Assembly: GCA_951406725.2 (NCBI GenBank)
Contig: OX597817.1
Span: 171,678,001-171,742,000, forward strand
Reading direction: 5' to 3'
Origin: Octopus vulgaris
Lineage: Eukaryota
Length of the DNA: 64,000 bases
The translations under genes were made by a program, and so were the position numbers. Shown here in pieces: positions 13,300 to 25,254 of this stretch (positions within the stretch are counted from its first letter, which is position 1; every line of letters starts with the position of its first letter). Under the pieces are notes generated by a model. The model was not told the origin of the DNA. It ran no database searches and was given only the letters and a program-made list of their open reading frames with translations.

Positions 13300-13900
13300 T
13301 TACAAAATGCTTTCTTGAGAGATAAATGCCACTTTTCTTGAGTTGTTAATATAAGAGTTATATATGTTTTATAATGGATCAATCAATTCTATAATTGTTG
13401 ATATTATGATACTCTGAATTCCAGATATATTTGGACAGCGGGGTATCAATGTGATTTTCTAAAATTCTGAATGTATATATATGTAGCAAAAACGTTTTTT
13501 AAAGGGACTTTTAGTAAATCCAGTATAGATTGCTTTTCTTTCACTCAATAAACTAAGACAAATAGTAACAGTACTGAAGGACAGATATTAAGGTTACTGC
13601 ATTAAGAAAAAGGGAAAAGCTTTGCTTATTGATATTGGGAAATCTATTTATATTGGCCATGGAAGCACCAAATTCTTTGATGCTATTGTCATCAATTTCA
13701 GCACAATTAGGTTAAATACATTTTATCTATCTTTGATCAGTCCAAGCTTTGTGAGTGAAACTGGGTTGACAGAACCTATGCCCATTGAAAGGATACCTGA
13801 AAATTTGGAGGTTCAACCTTATCACCCAGAGTCATAGTATTTCTACATGAAAACTGCATTAAAGGTATTTTGATAAATGGAATATTCAACGACTTTATAT
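13300..13900 (+). pseudogene. Highly degenerate hAT-like DNA transposase fossil
   Basis: Frame-broken motifs in expected order: IRVIYVL*WIN, RYIWT, LTEP..LEVQPY(H)TQS, TALKVF; resemble the C-terminal TEPP/PCHTQAVER region of invertebrate hAT-like transposases (recall only). Confidence 0.3.
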
Positions 13901-13958
13901 GTTAATTCAATAAGCAGCTCATTATCCATCCATCCATCCATCCATCCATCCATCCATC

Positions 13959-13989
<31 letters not shown>

Positions 13990-14038
13990 AAGTATATATA
14001 AATATGTGTGTGTATATATATATATGTATGTGTATATA

Positions 14039-14417
14039 TCGTCGTTTAACGTCCGTTCTCCATGCTAGCATGGGTTGGACAGTTCGACCGGGGTTCTGGG
14101 AAGCCAGAAGGCTGCACCAGGCTCCAGTCTAATCTGGCAATGTTTCTACAGCTGGATGCCCTTCCTAACGCCAACCACTCCGTGAGTGTAGTGGGTGCTT
14201 TTTACGTGCCACCTGCACAGGTACCAGGCGGGGCTGGCAACGGCCACGGTCAGATTGGTGTATTTTATGTGCCACCGGCACGGAAGCCAGTCGAGGCGGT
14301 GCTGGCATCGGCCACGAGTCGGATGGTGCTTTTTACGTACCACCAGACCAGGGATCCTGGCTGGTTCAATTCGATTTCGATTTTGCTTGCCCCAACATGT
14401 CTTCACAAGCAAAGGGG
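14039..14417 (-). mobile_element. RTE-type 3' element (family E)
   Basis: Reverse complement of the family E tail with three GTGCC..GGCAC-type modules. Confidence 0.88.
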
Positions 14418-14451
14418 TATGCCTATATATATATGACAGGCACCCTATGTA

Positions 14452-14500
<49 letters not shown>

Positions 14501-14502
<2 letters not shown>

Positions 14503-14872
14503 CATATTAAGATTCAAGTGAGTTCCAATGAATTCACATCAATGTGGTACTTAACTTAGATGCACCAGAAATTTATATGGTATTAACCAAAAAATAATGT
14601 GGGGTGATTATAAACAAGAAAAAGCAACAAGAATGGATTAGTTGTTCAGTACAATTGTTTCATACGAAGAACAGCTTTATTAAAAGCTGCAAATATTGCA
14701 GCAAATACAAGTGTCCTGTACTCATCAGCCAAAACACATATGAATTCTCCAAACATCCTAAGGGGTGAGGCTACACTCATGAATTTTCTGCAATATTTGC
14801 AGCTTTTAATAAAGCTGTTCTTTGTATGAAACAATTGTACTGAAAAACTAATCCATTCATGTTGCTTTTTCT

Positions 14873-14875
<3 letters not shown>
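14501..14875. mobile_element. Penelope-like remnant in (TA)n with ~95-bp inverted arms
   Basis: 14614-14708 inverted at 14781-14875 (about 5 mismatches); (TA)n on both flanks; contains a hammerhead. Confidence 0.65.
14645..14733 (-). ncRNA. Type I hammerhead motif with long stem II insertion
   Basis: UUUGG-CUGAUGA-GUAC-(~52 nt)-GUAU-GAAAC-AAUU-GUA-CUGAA; palindromic stem III ACAAUUGU; stem I has two G-U pairs. Confidence 0.6.
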
Positions 14876-14957
<82 letters not shown>

Positions 14958-15055
14958 ATATATATATATATGTATGTATCTATATATATATGTATGTATC
15001 TATATATATATATATATATATATATATTATGTATGTATGTATGTATATATATATA

Positions 15056-15279
15056 CATGTTGGTCGTTTATTTATGATGTGTTCAGAATCAGTTCTACTG
15101 ATGAACATAGATGTATTTGATGCGTTAAGTGTGAAATCACAGGTGATATAGAACTAAATTCATTTTTTAAATGTCTTGCTTCGAAAACTGCATTTGGGTA
15201 CAATTAGTTAAATTTTGGTAGTAATGATTTATGTCCCTCTTAGCGTGAGGCATTTATGTGTAATAATGCCCTCTATACA

Positions 15280-15282
<3 letters not shown>
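15056..15282 (+). mobile_element. Penelope-like remnant in (TA)n
   Basis: ORF-less island between (TA)n tracts carrying a complete hammerhead. Confidence 0.55.
15091..15155 (+). ncRNA. Type I hammerhead ribozyme motif (complete)
   Basis: AGUUCUA-CUGAUGA-ACAU-(20 nt)-GUGU-GAAA-UCAC(AG)GUGA-U-A-UAGAACU; perfect 7-bp stem I; AUA cleavage triplet, cut after 15148. Confidence 0.82.
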
Positions 15283-15325
<43 letters not shown>

Positions 15326-15769
15326 GTATGTATATAAATACTTTTTGGCTGATCTTACTTTAATGTAAGAGTTAACTAAAAATGTATGTGTGTTCGTGTG
15401 TGTCTGTGTGTGCGTGCGTGTGTGCATGTGTATGAGTGTCTGCATGTGTCTGTATGTACGAGTGTAAAAATTTGTATGTGTATATAAATACACAAATACA
15501 TATACAAGAGTACTATTCATATTTATTTTGCATTTGGCAGACCAAACCAGCTGAAGGAATACAAGGTGAGAAAAACTTTTCATGGAAACGTTGGCCTCTT
15601 GTGATGCAGGGATAACTGAGTAAGAAGCACCACTGATAGTCAGGTAAAACCAGGTGTATCTTAAGTGTGATGGCAGTAGTCAGGTATGGAATGTTAGAAC
15701 TAAGCTAGTCTCACTACCCACTGAACAATCAACTTACCTACATACCAACAAACTCTCAACAAACAACCA

Positions 15770-15862
15770 ATCCAATCCATCCATCCATCCATCCATCCAT
15801 CCATCCATCCATCCATCCATCTATTCATCCATCCATCCATCCATCCTTCCACCAATCAATCA

Positions 15863-15935
<73 letters not shown>

Positions 15936-16180
15936 CCTCCTATCTATCTATCTATCTATCCAACTCTTTCCCTCTCTCTCTCTATCTATCTACCTGTGTG
16001 TGTATTTGTTTGTCTATCAATTTATCTATCTGTCTGTCTATCTACATTGCTATCTAATTATCTATCTATCAGTCTGTCTGTGAAGTTGTCTGTCTGTCTG
16101 TCTGCCTACCTACCTACCTACCTACCTACCTACCTACCTACCTACCTACCTACCTACCTACCTATCCTTTCTTTCTATCT

Positions 16181-16225
<45 letters not shown>

Positions 16226-16400
16226 ATCTATCTACCTATCTATTTACCTACTTACCTGCTTATCACCTATTTGCCAGCTTCTCAATCCTCTCTTGGTCTA
16301 TCTTTCTCTTTCTCTCTCATTTTGCTCCCCATCTTTTTCCCTATCCTTCTCTCTCATCCTGTCTCTCCCCCACCCCCCTCTCTCTCTCTCTCTTACACAC
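15770..16400. repeat. Compound (CCAT)/(ATCT)/(CCTA)/(CT)n microsatellite tract
   Basis: Directly visible simple repeats. Confidence 0.95.
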
Positions 16401-16504
16401 ACAGCCTTACCCTCCCATCTCCTCTATTCCAAAGTACTCTTGGTATTCCTTCGTGGCTATCTTATGTAGACAGATGCTACCGTTGGTATCTAATGCAGGT
16501 ATCC

Positions 16505-16607
16505 AGAGGAAAAAGATAAAAGAAGGAGAGAGAAAGAAAGAGAGAGAAAGAGAGTAGGAATGTGAGAGAAAAAGCAATGCTAGAAGTAATGAAAGGAAAC
16601 GAAGAGG

Positions 16608-16659
<52 letters not shown>

Positions 16660-17526
16660 GAGAGAGATTATGGGAGGGAAGATGGTGTTTGAAATTGAAG
16701 GTAGGGGAAAGAAGAAAGGAAAAGATGGGTGTAATGAGACAATGATTGCAAAGAGAGAAGAAAGAGAGAAAGAAGGAAAGAAGGAAAGAAGAAACAAACA
16801 AATAATATATATATATATATATATAAAAAAAAAAAACCAATAAAGGTGAAAAAGTATGCTAAGGTATAAGATTACACAAATCCAATCTGCTAAAAATATT
16901 TTTGTACTATTTAATGTTTAACTTGCTCTATTAACTGACATCTACAGAATGAAGAATTCTTACCAGGAGTTAACCATTTGGGGGTAGCTGGAGGAAGGAA
17001 GGGGAGGGAGGGAGGGAGGGAGGGAGGGAGAGAGAGACGGATAGACAGAATGAGAGAGAAACAGAGAGAGAGTGTGTGAGAGAGAGGCAGAAATAAAGAA
17101 AGAGGCAAGGAAAAGTGGGAAACTGAAAAAGACAGACAGACAGACAAACTGTCGGGGCGGGGGGATAAGAAGGTGGGGTGCGTGGGGGAGAAAGAGAGGC
17201 AGAGAGAGAGAGAGACAGGGAGAGACAGATAGACAGAATGAGAGAGAAACAGTGAGAGAGAGAGGCAGAAATAAAGAAAGAGGCAAGGAAAAGTGGGAAA
17301 CTGAAAAAGACAGGCAGACAGACAAACTGTCGGTGGGGGGGGGGATAAGAAGGTGGGGTGCGTGGGGGAGAAAGAGAGGCAGAGAGAGAGAGACAGAGAG
17401 AGACAGGTAGACAGAGAAAGAGTAAGAAAAGCAGGGTGGGGCTGAAAAAGAGACAGACAGACAGACAAGCAAATAGAGAAATAAAGGAGAGAGACGGAGA
17501 GAGAGAGAAGTAGGTAAAGAGAGTGA

Positions 17527-17557
<31 letters not shown>

Positions 17558-17890
17558 TACAGGTAGACAGAAAGAGAGAAAGAGACTAAGAAAATTGGGA
17601 GACTATCTGCCTTCTCCTCCTCATCACTAATGTTTTAAGTACCTGATATATATATATACCTGATATTCTGTTCATCCATACCCACCAACAGACAGACAGA
17701 CAGACAGAGAGTTAGGGGAATAAAGAGAGAAGAAGAGAGAGGAAGATGCAGGCTATCAAAGAGAGTGAAGAGAGAGATTGATAGATAGAGAAAGGGAAAG
17801 AGAGGGAAAGGTAGGGTAAGAACAGAAAGGAAGATAAAGAGAGATAGATGGAAAACAAAAAAAGGATTAAGAAAGAGGCAGAATATCAGG

Positions 17891-17927
<37 letters not shown>

Positions 17928-18038
17928 TATTTATTAACCATGAGGTTGAGAAAAAGAGAGAGAGAGACAGACAAACAGAGAGGTGTGAGAAATATATACA
18001 GAGGAGAGACAGTAAAAATAGAAAGAGAATCAGATAGA

Positions 18039-18072
<34 letters not shown>

Positions 18073-18420
18073 CAGAGAGACAGAGAGAGACAGACAGGCA
18101 AATAGATAGGGAGCCAGCTCCAGATAGACTGATATATAGTTAGAGAAAGAGACAGAGAGAGTGTGTGAGAGAGACAGGCAGACAAACAGAGAGGTGTGAG
18201 AGATAGATGCAAAGGAGAGAAGTGAAAAGATAAAGAAAATGAGAGAGAAAGAGAGAGAGAGAGAAGAAAGGTAGAACCAGAGCCAGAGAGATAGACGGGT
18301 AGAAAGAATACCAGCCAGAGAGAGAGAGAGGGCGGAGACAGACAGACAGAATAAGAAAAGAAAAAGAAAGAAATAAAGAGAGAGAGCGAGAGAGAGAGAG
18401 AGAGGGGGGTAGTAGGTAGT
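16505..18420. repeat. Purine-rich (GA/GACA/GATA)n low-complexity region with internal ~188-bp tandem duplication
   Basis: 17040-17220 repeated at 17228-17410. Confidence 0.9.
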
Positions 18421-18569
18421 TGGGGAAAAGGATTAATTAAATAAATAAAGAAATAAATAAATACAAACATTGAAAAAATATATATAAAACATAGAAATGG
18501 AATGAAAAGAGATCCATTTGGTGCTTTATGTTCTAAATCTAATCTGAAAGTTTCAGAAAGTTATAGCAG

Positions 18570-19215
18570 CACCACCACCATTCCCATCACCACCACCACC
18601 ATTACTACTACTACTACTACTACTTTCACAACCACTATCACCACAGCCAACATCATCATCACTACTACCACAATCTTCATTATCACCGTTATTGCTACTG
18701 CCATATTCTTCATCGTCATCATCATCATCATCATCACCACTAATAGCACCAGCCCCACCACAGCTGCCACCACCACCACCACCACCACCACCAGCACCAC
18801 CACCGCTACTACAATTGCAACTACTGTGGTTGTTAATACTCCTACTATTTCTAATATTGCCAATTTCTACTACAGCTGATGCCACAGCCACTGCTGCTGC
18901 CGCTGCTACTACTACTACTACTACTACTAAACAATATCATCATCGTTATTGCTACTACCATCATCATCACCATCATCATCATCATCCTTATCACCATCAC
19001 TACCAATACCACAACTATCCACACCACCACAACATCCCCTGCCATCACCATATTCACCACTACCCCGACCACCACTATCACCATCATCTCCACCATATCC
19101 TCCTCCTCCACCACCATCACCGCCCCTCCGCACCCTTACCCCCACCCCCACCACCGCCACCATTATCACCACTATCATCACTAGTATCACTATCAGCCTT
19201 CTCCTCCTCATCACT
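18570..19215. repeat. (CAC/CAT/TAC)n trinucleotide low-complexity tract
   Basis: Source of the poly-T/H/P pseudo-ORFs. Confidence 0.93.
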
Positions 19216-19574
19216 AATGTTTTAAGTACCTGATATATACCTGATATTCTATTCACCAACAAGTTTTTTTTAGATGGGCCAGTCTGCAAATGAACTTCAC
19301 TCCTATGAATGTCTCAAATGCTGAGACATAACTCACGTATAGGTATCCTCCAAAGTATTTCTGCCAGTTACATAGCTACATTTTTTTACATCTACTATGG
19401 ATTATGTGTGTGTGTGTGTGTGTGCACATGTGTGTGTGTGTACATGTGTGTGTGTGTGTTTTGCAACCCATATCTCAAGCTGCAACAAATTTCCAACCGG
19501 TAGTGAGAACTTGGTTTATGAATTTCAGGGATTTTGACAAGTGTGGAACCACCCCTTAGCTATCTTTTGCTCCC

Positions 19575-20126
19575 AGGTGCAGGCATGGCTGTGTAGTATG
19601 AAGCTTGTTTCCCAACCACATGGTTCCAGGTTCAGTTCCACTGCCTGGCACCTTGGGCAAGTGTCTTCTACTATAGTCTCGGGCTGACAAAAGCCCTGTG
19701 AGGGGATTTGGTAGATGGAAACTGAAAGAAGCCTGTTGTATATAAATATATACATACATCGTGATCGTTACCTGTGTCACCTTACTGGCACTTGTGCTGG
19801 TGGCACATGAAAAAACATTCGAGCGAGGTCGTTGCTAGTGTCGCTGGACTGGCTCCTGTGCAGGTGGCACATAAAAAGCACCATTTGAGTGTGGCTGTTG
19901 CCAGTACTGCCTGACTGGCCCTTGTGCCAGTGGAACGTAAAAGCACCCACTACACTCTCTGAGTGGTTGGCATTAGGAAGGGCATCCAGCTGTAGAAGCT
20001 CTGCCAGATCAAATTGGAGCCTGGTGCAGCCGTCTGGTTTGCCAGACCTCAGTCAAATTGTCCAACCCATGCTAGCATGGAAAGCGGACGTTAAACGATG
20101 ATAATGATGATGATGATGATGATGAT
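19575..20126 (+). mobile_element. Composite: family A tRNA head joined to RTE-type family E tail
   Basis: GGTGCAGGCATGGCTGTGTAG..GAAAGAAGCC head, short TA hinge, three hairpin modules, family E tail and (GAT)n. Confidence 0.8.
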
Positions 20127-20310
20127 CTCGTCTAGTGGTATTCTACCTCTGACCAGCTCCTGTGCATGTAAACCTACTCCAGCACTCTCTATACAACCTG
20201 GGAGAGCCTACACCTCCCCCTTCTGTCATTAAGTAGGTTACTGGAACTTTGGCTACAAGGAATAGACTTGGGACGAATACTGGAATGGCTTTCTGTTGCC
20301 TTCTCCAGAC
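20127..20310 (-). mobile_element. Bov-A-like bipartite RTE-derived short element
   Basis: Minus strand TGGAGAAGGCAACAGAAAGCCATTCCAGTATTC resembles the RTE/Bov-A 5' motif; ends GGTCAGAGGTAGAATACCACTAGACGAG. Confidence 0.45.
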
Positions 20311-20499
20311 AGGTTGGATTTGAACTCAGAATTCTAGAGAACCAGAAGATATATTGTGAAGCATTTCTGCTGATGTACAAATGATTCTGTCGCTTTTCCA
20401 CTTGCAGAGCAACATGAAGTGAAGTGCATTGTTCAAGAACACATGTGACCCAGTCCAGAAATCAAAACCATGATCTAATGACTGTGAGTGCAACATCCC

Positions 20500-20750
20500 G
20501 TGGAGGCACATGGCGTAGTGGCTAGGGTGTTGAACTTACGATTGTAAGATTGTGGTTTCAATTTCTGGACCAGATGACATGTTGTGTTCTTGAGCAAAAC
20601 ACTTCGTTTCACATTGCTCCAGTCCACTTAACCGGCAAAAATAAGTAATCCTGTGGTGGATTGGCATCCCATCCACGTGGGGGCTTCATATGCCATGGAA
20701 ACTGGGAAACTGTCCCTTACGAGTCAGCATCACTCAAGAAGTAACATTTT
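20500..20750 (+). mobile_element. CORE-type tRNA SINE (family D)
   Basis: A-box-like TGGCGTAGTGG, B-box-like GGTTTCAATT, CORE-like GTGTTCTTGAGCAAAACACTT..TTGCTCCAGTCCAC; an inverted partial copy lies immediately upstream (20395-20497). Confidence 0.8.
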
Positions 20751-20807
20751 TTTTTTTAGTGCAACACCTTAACATAGAGAAATCAAGGCCATGTGCTATC
20801 ACATACA

Positions 20808-20930
20808 TATATGAAATGACAACAGAAAAAAGATGGTATAAGCATATCCCAGAAAAGGTCTCAGAAAATAACAAAGCAAATATACTCTGGGATGTGCCAA
20901 TACACACAGATAGAAAAATCTAGGCCATGT
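20808..20930 (+). pseudogene. Dong/R4 internal coding fragment
   Basis: TTEKRWYKHIPEKVSENNKANILWDVPIHTDRKI, homologous to 23843-24356. Confidence 0.75.
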
Positions 20931-21020
20931 GCCATCATATACATATATATATATAGACATGTGTGTATGTGTATGAGTGTGTGTGAGAGGGAGATATCAA
21001 CTCTGTTACAAAAGGTGTTA

Positions 21021-21527
21021 ATATTCTTTTCTGCTCTAGGCAGAAGGCCTGAAACATTGGGGGAGGGGGCCAGTCGATTAGATCGACCCTGGTACGCAAC
21101 TAGTACTTAATTTATTGACCCCAAAACAACAAAAAGCAAAGTTGACCTCAGCGGAAAAAATATTCTTTTCTATTCTAGGCACAAGGCCTGAAATTTCTCT
21201 GGAGGGGGCTAGTTGATTAGATTGACCCCAATATGCAACTGGTACTTAATTTACTGACCCCAAAAGGATGAAAGGCAAAGTTGACTTTAGCGGAAAAAAA
21301 TATTCTTTTCTATTCTAGACACAAGGCCTGAAATTTTTTCTGGTGTGGGGGCAAGTGGGGCAGTCGATTAGATCGATCTCAGTATGCAACTGGTACTTAA
21401 TTTATTGACCCCGAAAGGATGAAATGCAAAATTGACCTCGACGGAATTTGAACACAGAACATAAAGACAGACGAAATACCCTAAGCATTTCACCCAGCGT
21501 GCTAACGTTTCTGCCAGCTCACCACCT
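21021..21527 (-). mobile_element. Tandem array of three family C SINE units
   Basis: AATATTCTTTTCT..CTAGGCACAAGGCCTGAAA recurs at about 21021, 21159 and 21299; only the last unit has the head. Confidence 0.85.
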
Positions 21528-21529
21528 TA

Positions 21530-21720
21530 CAAAAGGTATTGATAAAGAAAAGAGCCCAGAGAATGGTTCATTGGTGAAAGTCTTGCGAGCAGAAGAGTAT
21601 AGTGTAGGTTCAATGACAGTGTATAATGTTAAGAAACAGGAAATAAAAAAAATATTATTTTTTACTGGCACCAAAAGTAAGGTTATTAAAAATGGAAAAA
21701 ACATTAAAAGATAATGCTTG
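21530..21720 (+). pseudogene. pogo/Tigger transposase N-terminal HTH fragment
   Basis: ENGSLVKVLRAEEYSVGSMTVYNVKKQEIKKILFF resembles the CENP-B/Tigger HTH-psq pattern LA.EYGVG.TT.YD.KKQK.KIL.F. Confidence 0.55.
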
Positions 21721-23539
21721 ACTTTTATTTAGATTACATGCAGGAACCAATGCATTTTGGAAGAGGATTTACTGCAAAATGTTAATGTAAATAAATGATT
21801 ATTCTTTGTTTATAATTTTTCTAAAAATTTTTCCAAGTATCAGCAGGCCTATTTTTCTTTGCTTTTTCTCCTAATCTACTTAATTTTGAGTAGCCGCAGA
21901 CTAACACTTGTAATAATGGAGCCAAGTATGCGTGAACTAGATTTATGCCTATGTATACTAAATTGGTACAGTACAATCAATATATGCATTATTTTGCCAT
22001 TTTTTTCTCTTCTTTTTCCTTTATCCTAAGCTTCACTGGTTTTGAAAATCTGCAATTCTTGCATCTGTCTGATCTCAAGCTTCCAAGATTAGTGAGGTTT
22101 AACTTGTGGAAGGAAGGTACTGCTCTTGTATTAAAAACATGAATCTAATTAGTTTTATAGAATGGGAGGGGGATGTCAACAGAGAAAGATAGAAGAAATA
22201 GAGACACTGAGACTGGAATAGATTATAAACTCTCTCTCTCTCACACAAACACTATCAAACGTGGGAAAATTTTGAAAACTAAAATTACTTTAGTTAAGAA
22301 ATATTTCCTTTTCCTGACCAAATCAGATACTTTCAGCTTCTTTTGGAAAAATAAAACATTTAAAATAGTAAAGCATTTGGAATAGTAAAGCCATATCCAA
22401 CTCAAATATTTTACTGTTTCATGTTCAAACTGACTAGATCCAGCCCCTACACCAATCCTACAATGCCATTCTAAAAATAAGCAATTACATCATTGAAATA
22501 TTGAAGTTATGCGATAAAGCATGATTAATTCAAAACAATGTGAATAAATAAGCATTAAATTTGACATTAATCTGAATGCTTATGTTTCAAGACTGATAAA
22601 GACTTGTGAGATGGAAGTGTTAGAGAAAAGCTGAGGGAGTAGAACTGGCTACTATAGCAAACAATAATATTATACTAATAAGAAAATGTTTTGGTGAGTA
22701 ACTGAGGCATTGGTTATCTTATTTCAGGTTTTTGATAACAGTGTACATTATATGATTCATATCTATTTCGTGCACAACACAGCATAAATCAAAAGTGAAG
22801 AAATAGATTAAAATATTATAAAACCTTACTGTGAGTGAAATATGATCGTAAACTTATTTTATGCTTTTGATGTGTGAAAAAAATAAAAAGAGAGAGCGAG
22901 AGAAAGAGAAGCAGAAGTTTCTTGATGGACTGTTTCACAGTTTGTTAACTGCTCCTCAGAGAAAATGTGTTCATCTTCCTTCTCCAAACAATATCACAGG
23001 TCAGCTGCTGTATTAAAGCAGTCATAAATTATTTGTGCTTTTGATGGATCATCATCAATTAAATCAATGTAGGTATATCATTTTCATATCCAAATATAAT
23101 TAAGATGGAAGCAAAAGATATAAGTCTTGTCTAGTTAAACAAGATGCTATCACTACCATTTGATATTGGTACTTTGAAACATGAAATAAAAATAAATACA
23201 AAACACAAAATAAGAGAAAAAAAATTAACCACTGAATGATGAATAGCAGGATAGAAAGAAGATTATATAAGCAATGTATGGAATATGTGTTTACAAAAAA
23301 AAAAGGTTTATTTTTTAAAAATTTGTATTTGACATTCAACCAGTTGCTATACTATGCTACAACAAACAAATATTTTAAAATGTCAATTTTCATAAATGTT
23401 TCCCCCTTTTTTTATTTATTCTTCTGAATAATTAATTTACAAAAAGCTATAAAAAACTGAAAAAATATTATCCAGGAAATTTTCAGCAAAACAAAAAATA
23501 CAAAAAAAAAAAATAGTAATTGTAATAAATATTTCAAAT

Positions 23540-23745
23540 TTTGGCACAAGGCCAGCAATTTCGAAGGGAAGAGGGGAAGTTGTTTACAGTGATCCTAGTA
23601 CTCATCTGGTAATTATTTCATTGACCCTAGCGGAATGAAAGGCAAAGTTGACCTCAGTGGAATTTGAACTTGGAATATAATGAATTCGAAAAAATGCCAC
23701 TAAGCATTTTGCTAGATGTGTTAATGATTCTACTAGCTCAGCACC

Positions 23746-23747
<2 letters not shown>
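23540..23747 (-). mobile_element. SINE family C
   Basis: GGCACAAGGCCAGCAATT..GAAAGGCAAAGTTGACCTC..GCTCAGCACCTT. Confidence 0.75.
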
Positions 23748-23792
<45 letters not shown>

Positions 23793-23797
23793 TTAAA

Positions 23798-23842
<45 letters not shown>

Positions 23843-23844
<2 letters not shown>

Positions 23845-24352
23845 TACCTAGATACATTGGAAGCTATGCCAACACTATGGAATTATAACAAAAAAAAAAG
23901 ATGCTATAGGCATATCCCAGACAAGATCTCAGAAAATGACAAAGCAACCATACTCTGGGATATGCCAATACACACAGATAGAGAAATCAAGGCTAATAGA
24001 CTGGATATAGTTGTCAGAGATCATCAAGAAAAAATGCCTTCTAAGCGAGATATCAGTCCCAACAGATGACAATGTATCTCTAAAAGAAACAGAGAAACTC
24101 TCAAAATACAAAGATCCGGTAATAGAGATAACCTGAATATGAAGCCTAAAAACAGATACATAACCAAAACACCAGGACTTACGAATGTATAAAACATACA
24201 GAGAATAGCACAACTAGGTAGTGCACACGTCTTATGTAAAGCACTTTCGATACCGTGAAAATAACAAAACCAAAACAAACTGCAGCACATACCCAAGGCA
24301 CACAGAGCTGTGCTCAGTAGTGCAGTGAATGCATGTGATAAAAATAAGACTA

Positions 24353-24356
<4 letters not shown>
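23843..24356 (+). pseudogene. Dong/R4-clade non-LTR retrotransposon 3' fragment (RLE endonuclease and 3' UTR) inserted in (TAA)n
   Basis: IHWKLCQHYGI..YRHIPDKISENDKATILWDMPIHTDREIKANRLDIVVRD..KETEKLSKYKD..GSAHVLCKALSIP* with frameshifts; (TAA)n on both sides. Confidence 0.85.
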
Positions 24357-24410
<54 letters not shown>

Positions 24411-24657
24411 GGGTGTTGAATAGTTTCCATGATAATTGACAACCAATTATGAAAGGTTATAGTGTGCAGAAAGAGACCCTGTGGGACCTCGGACAGCAGG
24501 CTGCAGTCTGCTCTCACAAAATCAAACAGAGCAAATAAGATGAAGTGCTCTGAGAAGTAAAACAATGATAGTAATAAAAATCTATTTTAATAATAATCCT
24601 TTCCCACTGTAGGTGTCTTCCATGTCTTGGGCCCTTGTGGCCAATAAAAGAAATCAC

Positions 24658-24706
<49 letters not shown>

Positions 24707-25208
24707 GAGTGGGAGAGCAGTGCATGCTATCAAAGTGACACTGGTGTAAAATATACGAATCCCAGTATACCCATCATGTCTACTGGTTTGATAAGGGTAC
24801 ACTAGGTGCATGCATCACAATGACGTGTGCAACATGGGGATCTCATATTAAGATAAACAGCACATGACCTTGCAGGTGGTGCCCAGTTAGAATTTTCTTC
24901 TGATCGAATAACCCATCCCGCTCCGATGGTCCCTGAATATGGGTTGTTTAAGGATGTTGAATGAAACACCCGTGTTTCCAGAGGTGAATTATTCAAACTC
25001 CAAAGAATCCCTCTCAACACATGGCTATGATGCTCCCCTACTACTTCTGCTCATGATCAGAGATGCACATATCGTCAGCCACTAAGGGACATGCCCAACT
25101 GGTTAAGATCAAGCAGATGACAAGCAAATCTGTGACAATGAGCAGAATATTTGTTGTAGCCCATCTTTTATACCAAGACAAAACAATGTACATGATAACA
25201 CTTCCAAT
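24707..25208 (-). mobile_element. Non-coding retroelement 3' fragment within (TAA)n
   Basis: 500-bp ORF-poor block ending CTCTCCCACTC(AAT)n on the minus strand, flanked by TAA/CAA repeats; family not identified. Confidence 0.45.
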
Positions 25209-25213
25209 TGTTG

Positions 25214-25254
<41 letters not shown>

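Noticed and set aside
16465-16489. TNGSICL resembles the E2 ubiquitin-conjugating active-site motif
   Set aside because: Following residues do not match LDIL..W; likely chance.
22921-22970. Minus-strand CUGAGGA-GCAGUU(AACA)AACUGU-GAAAC-A-GUC hammerhead-like core
   Set aside because: Good stem II but no contiguous stem I in type I or type III topology; not in a TA-flanked element.
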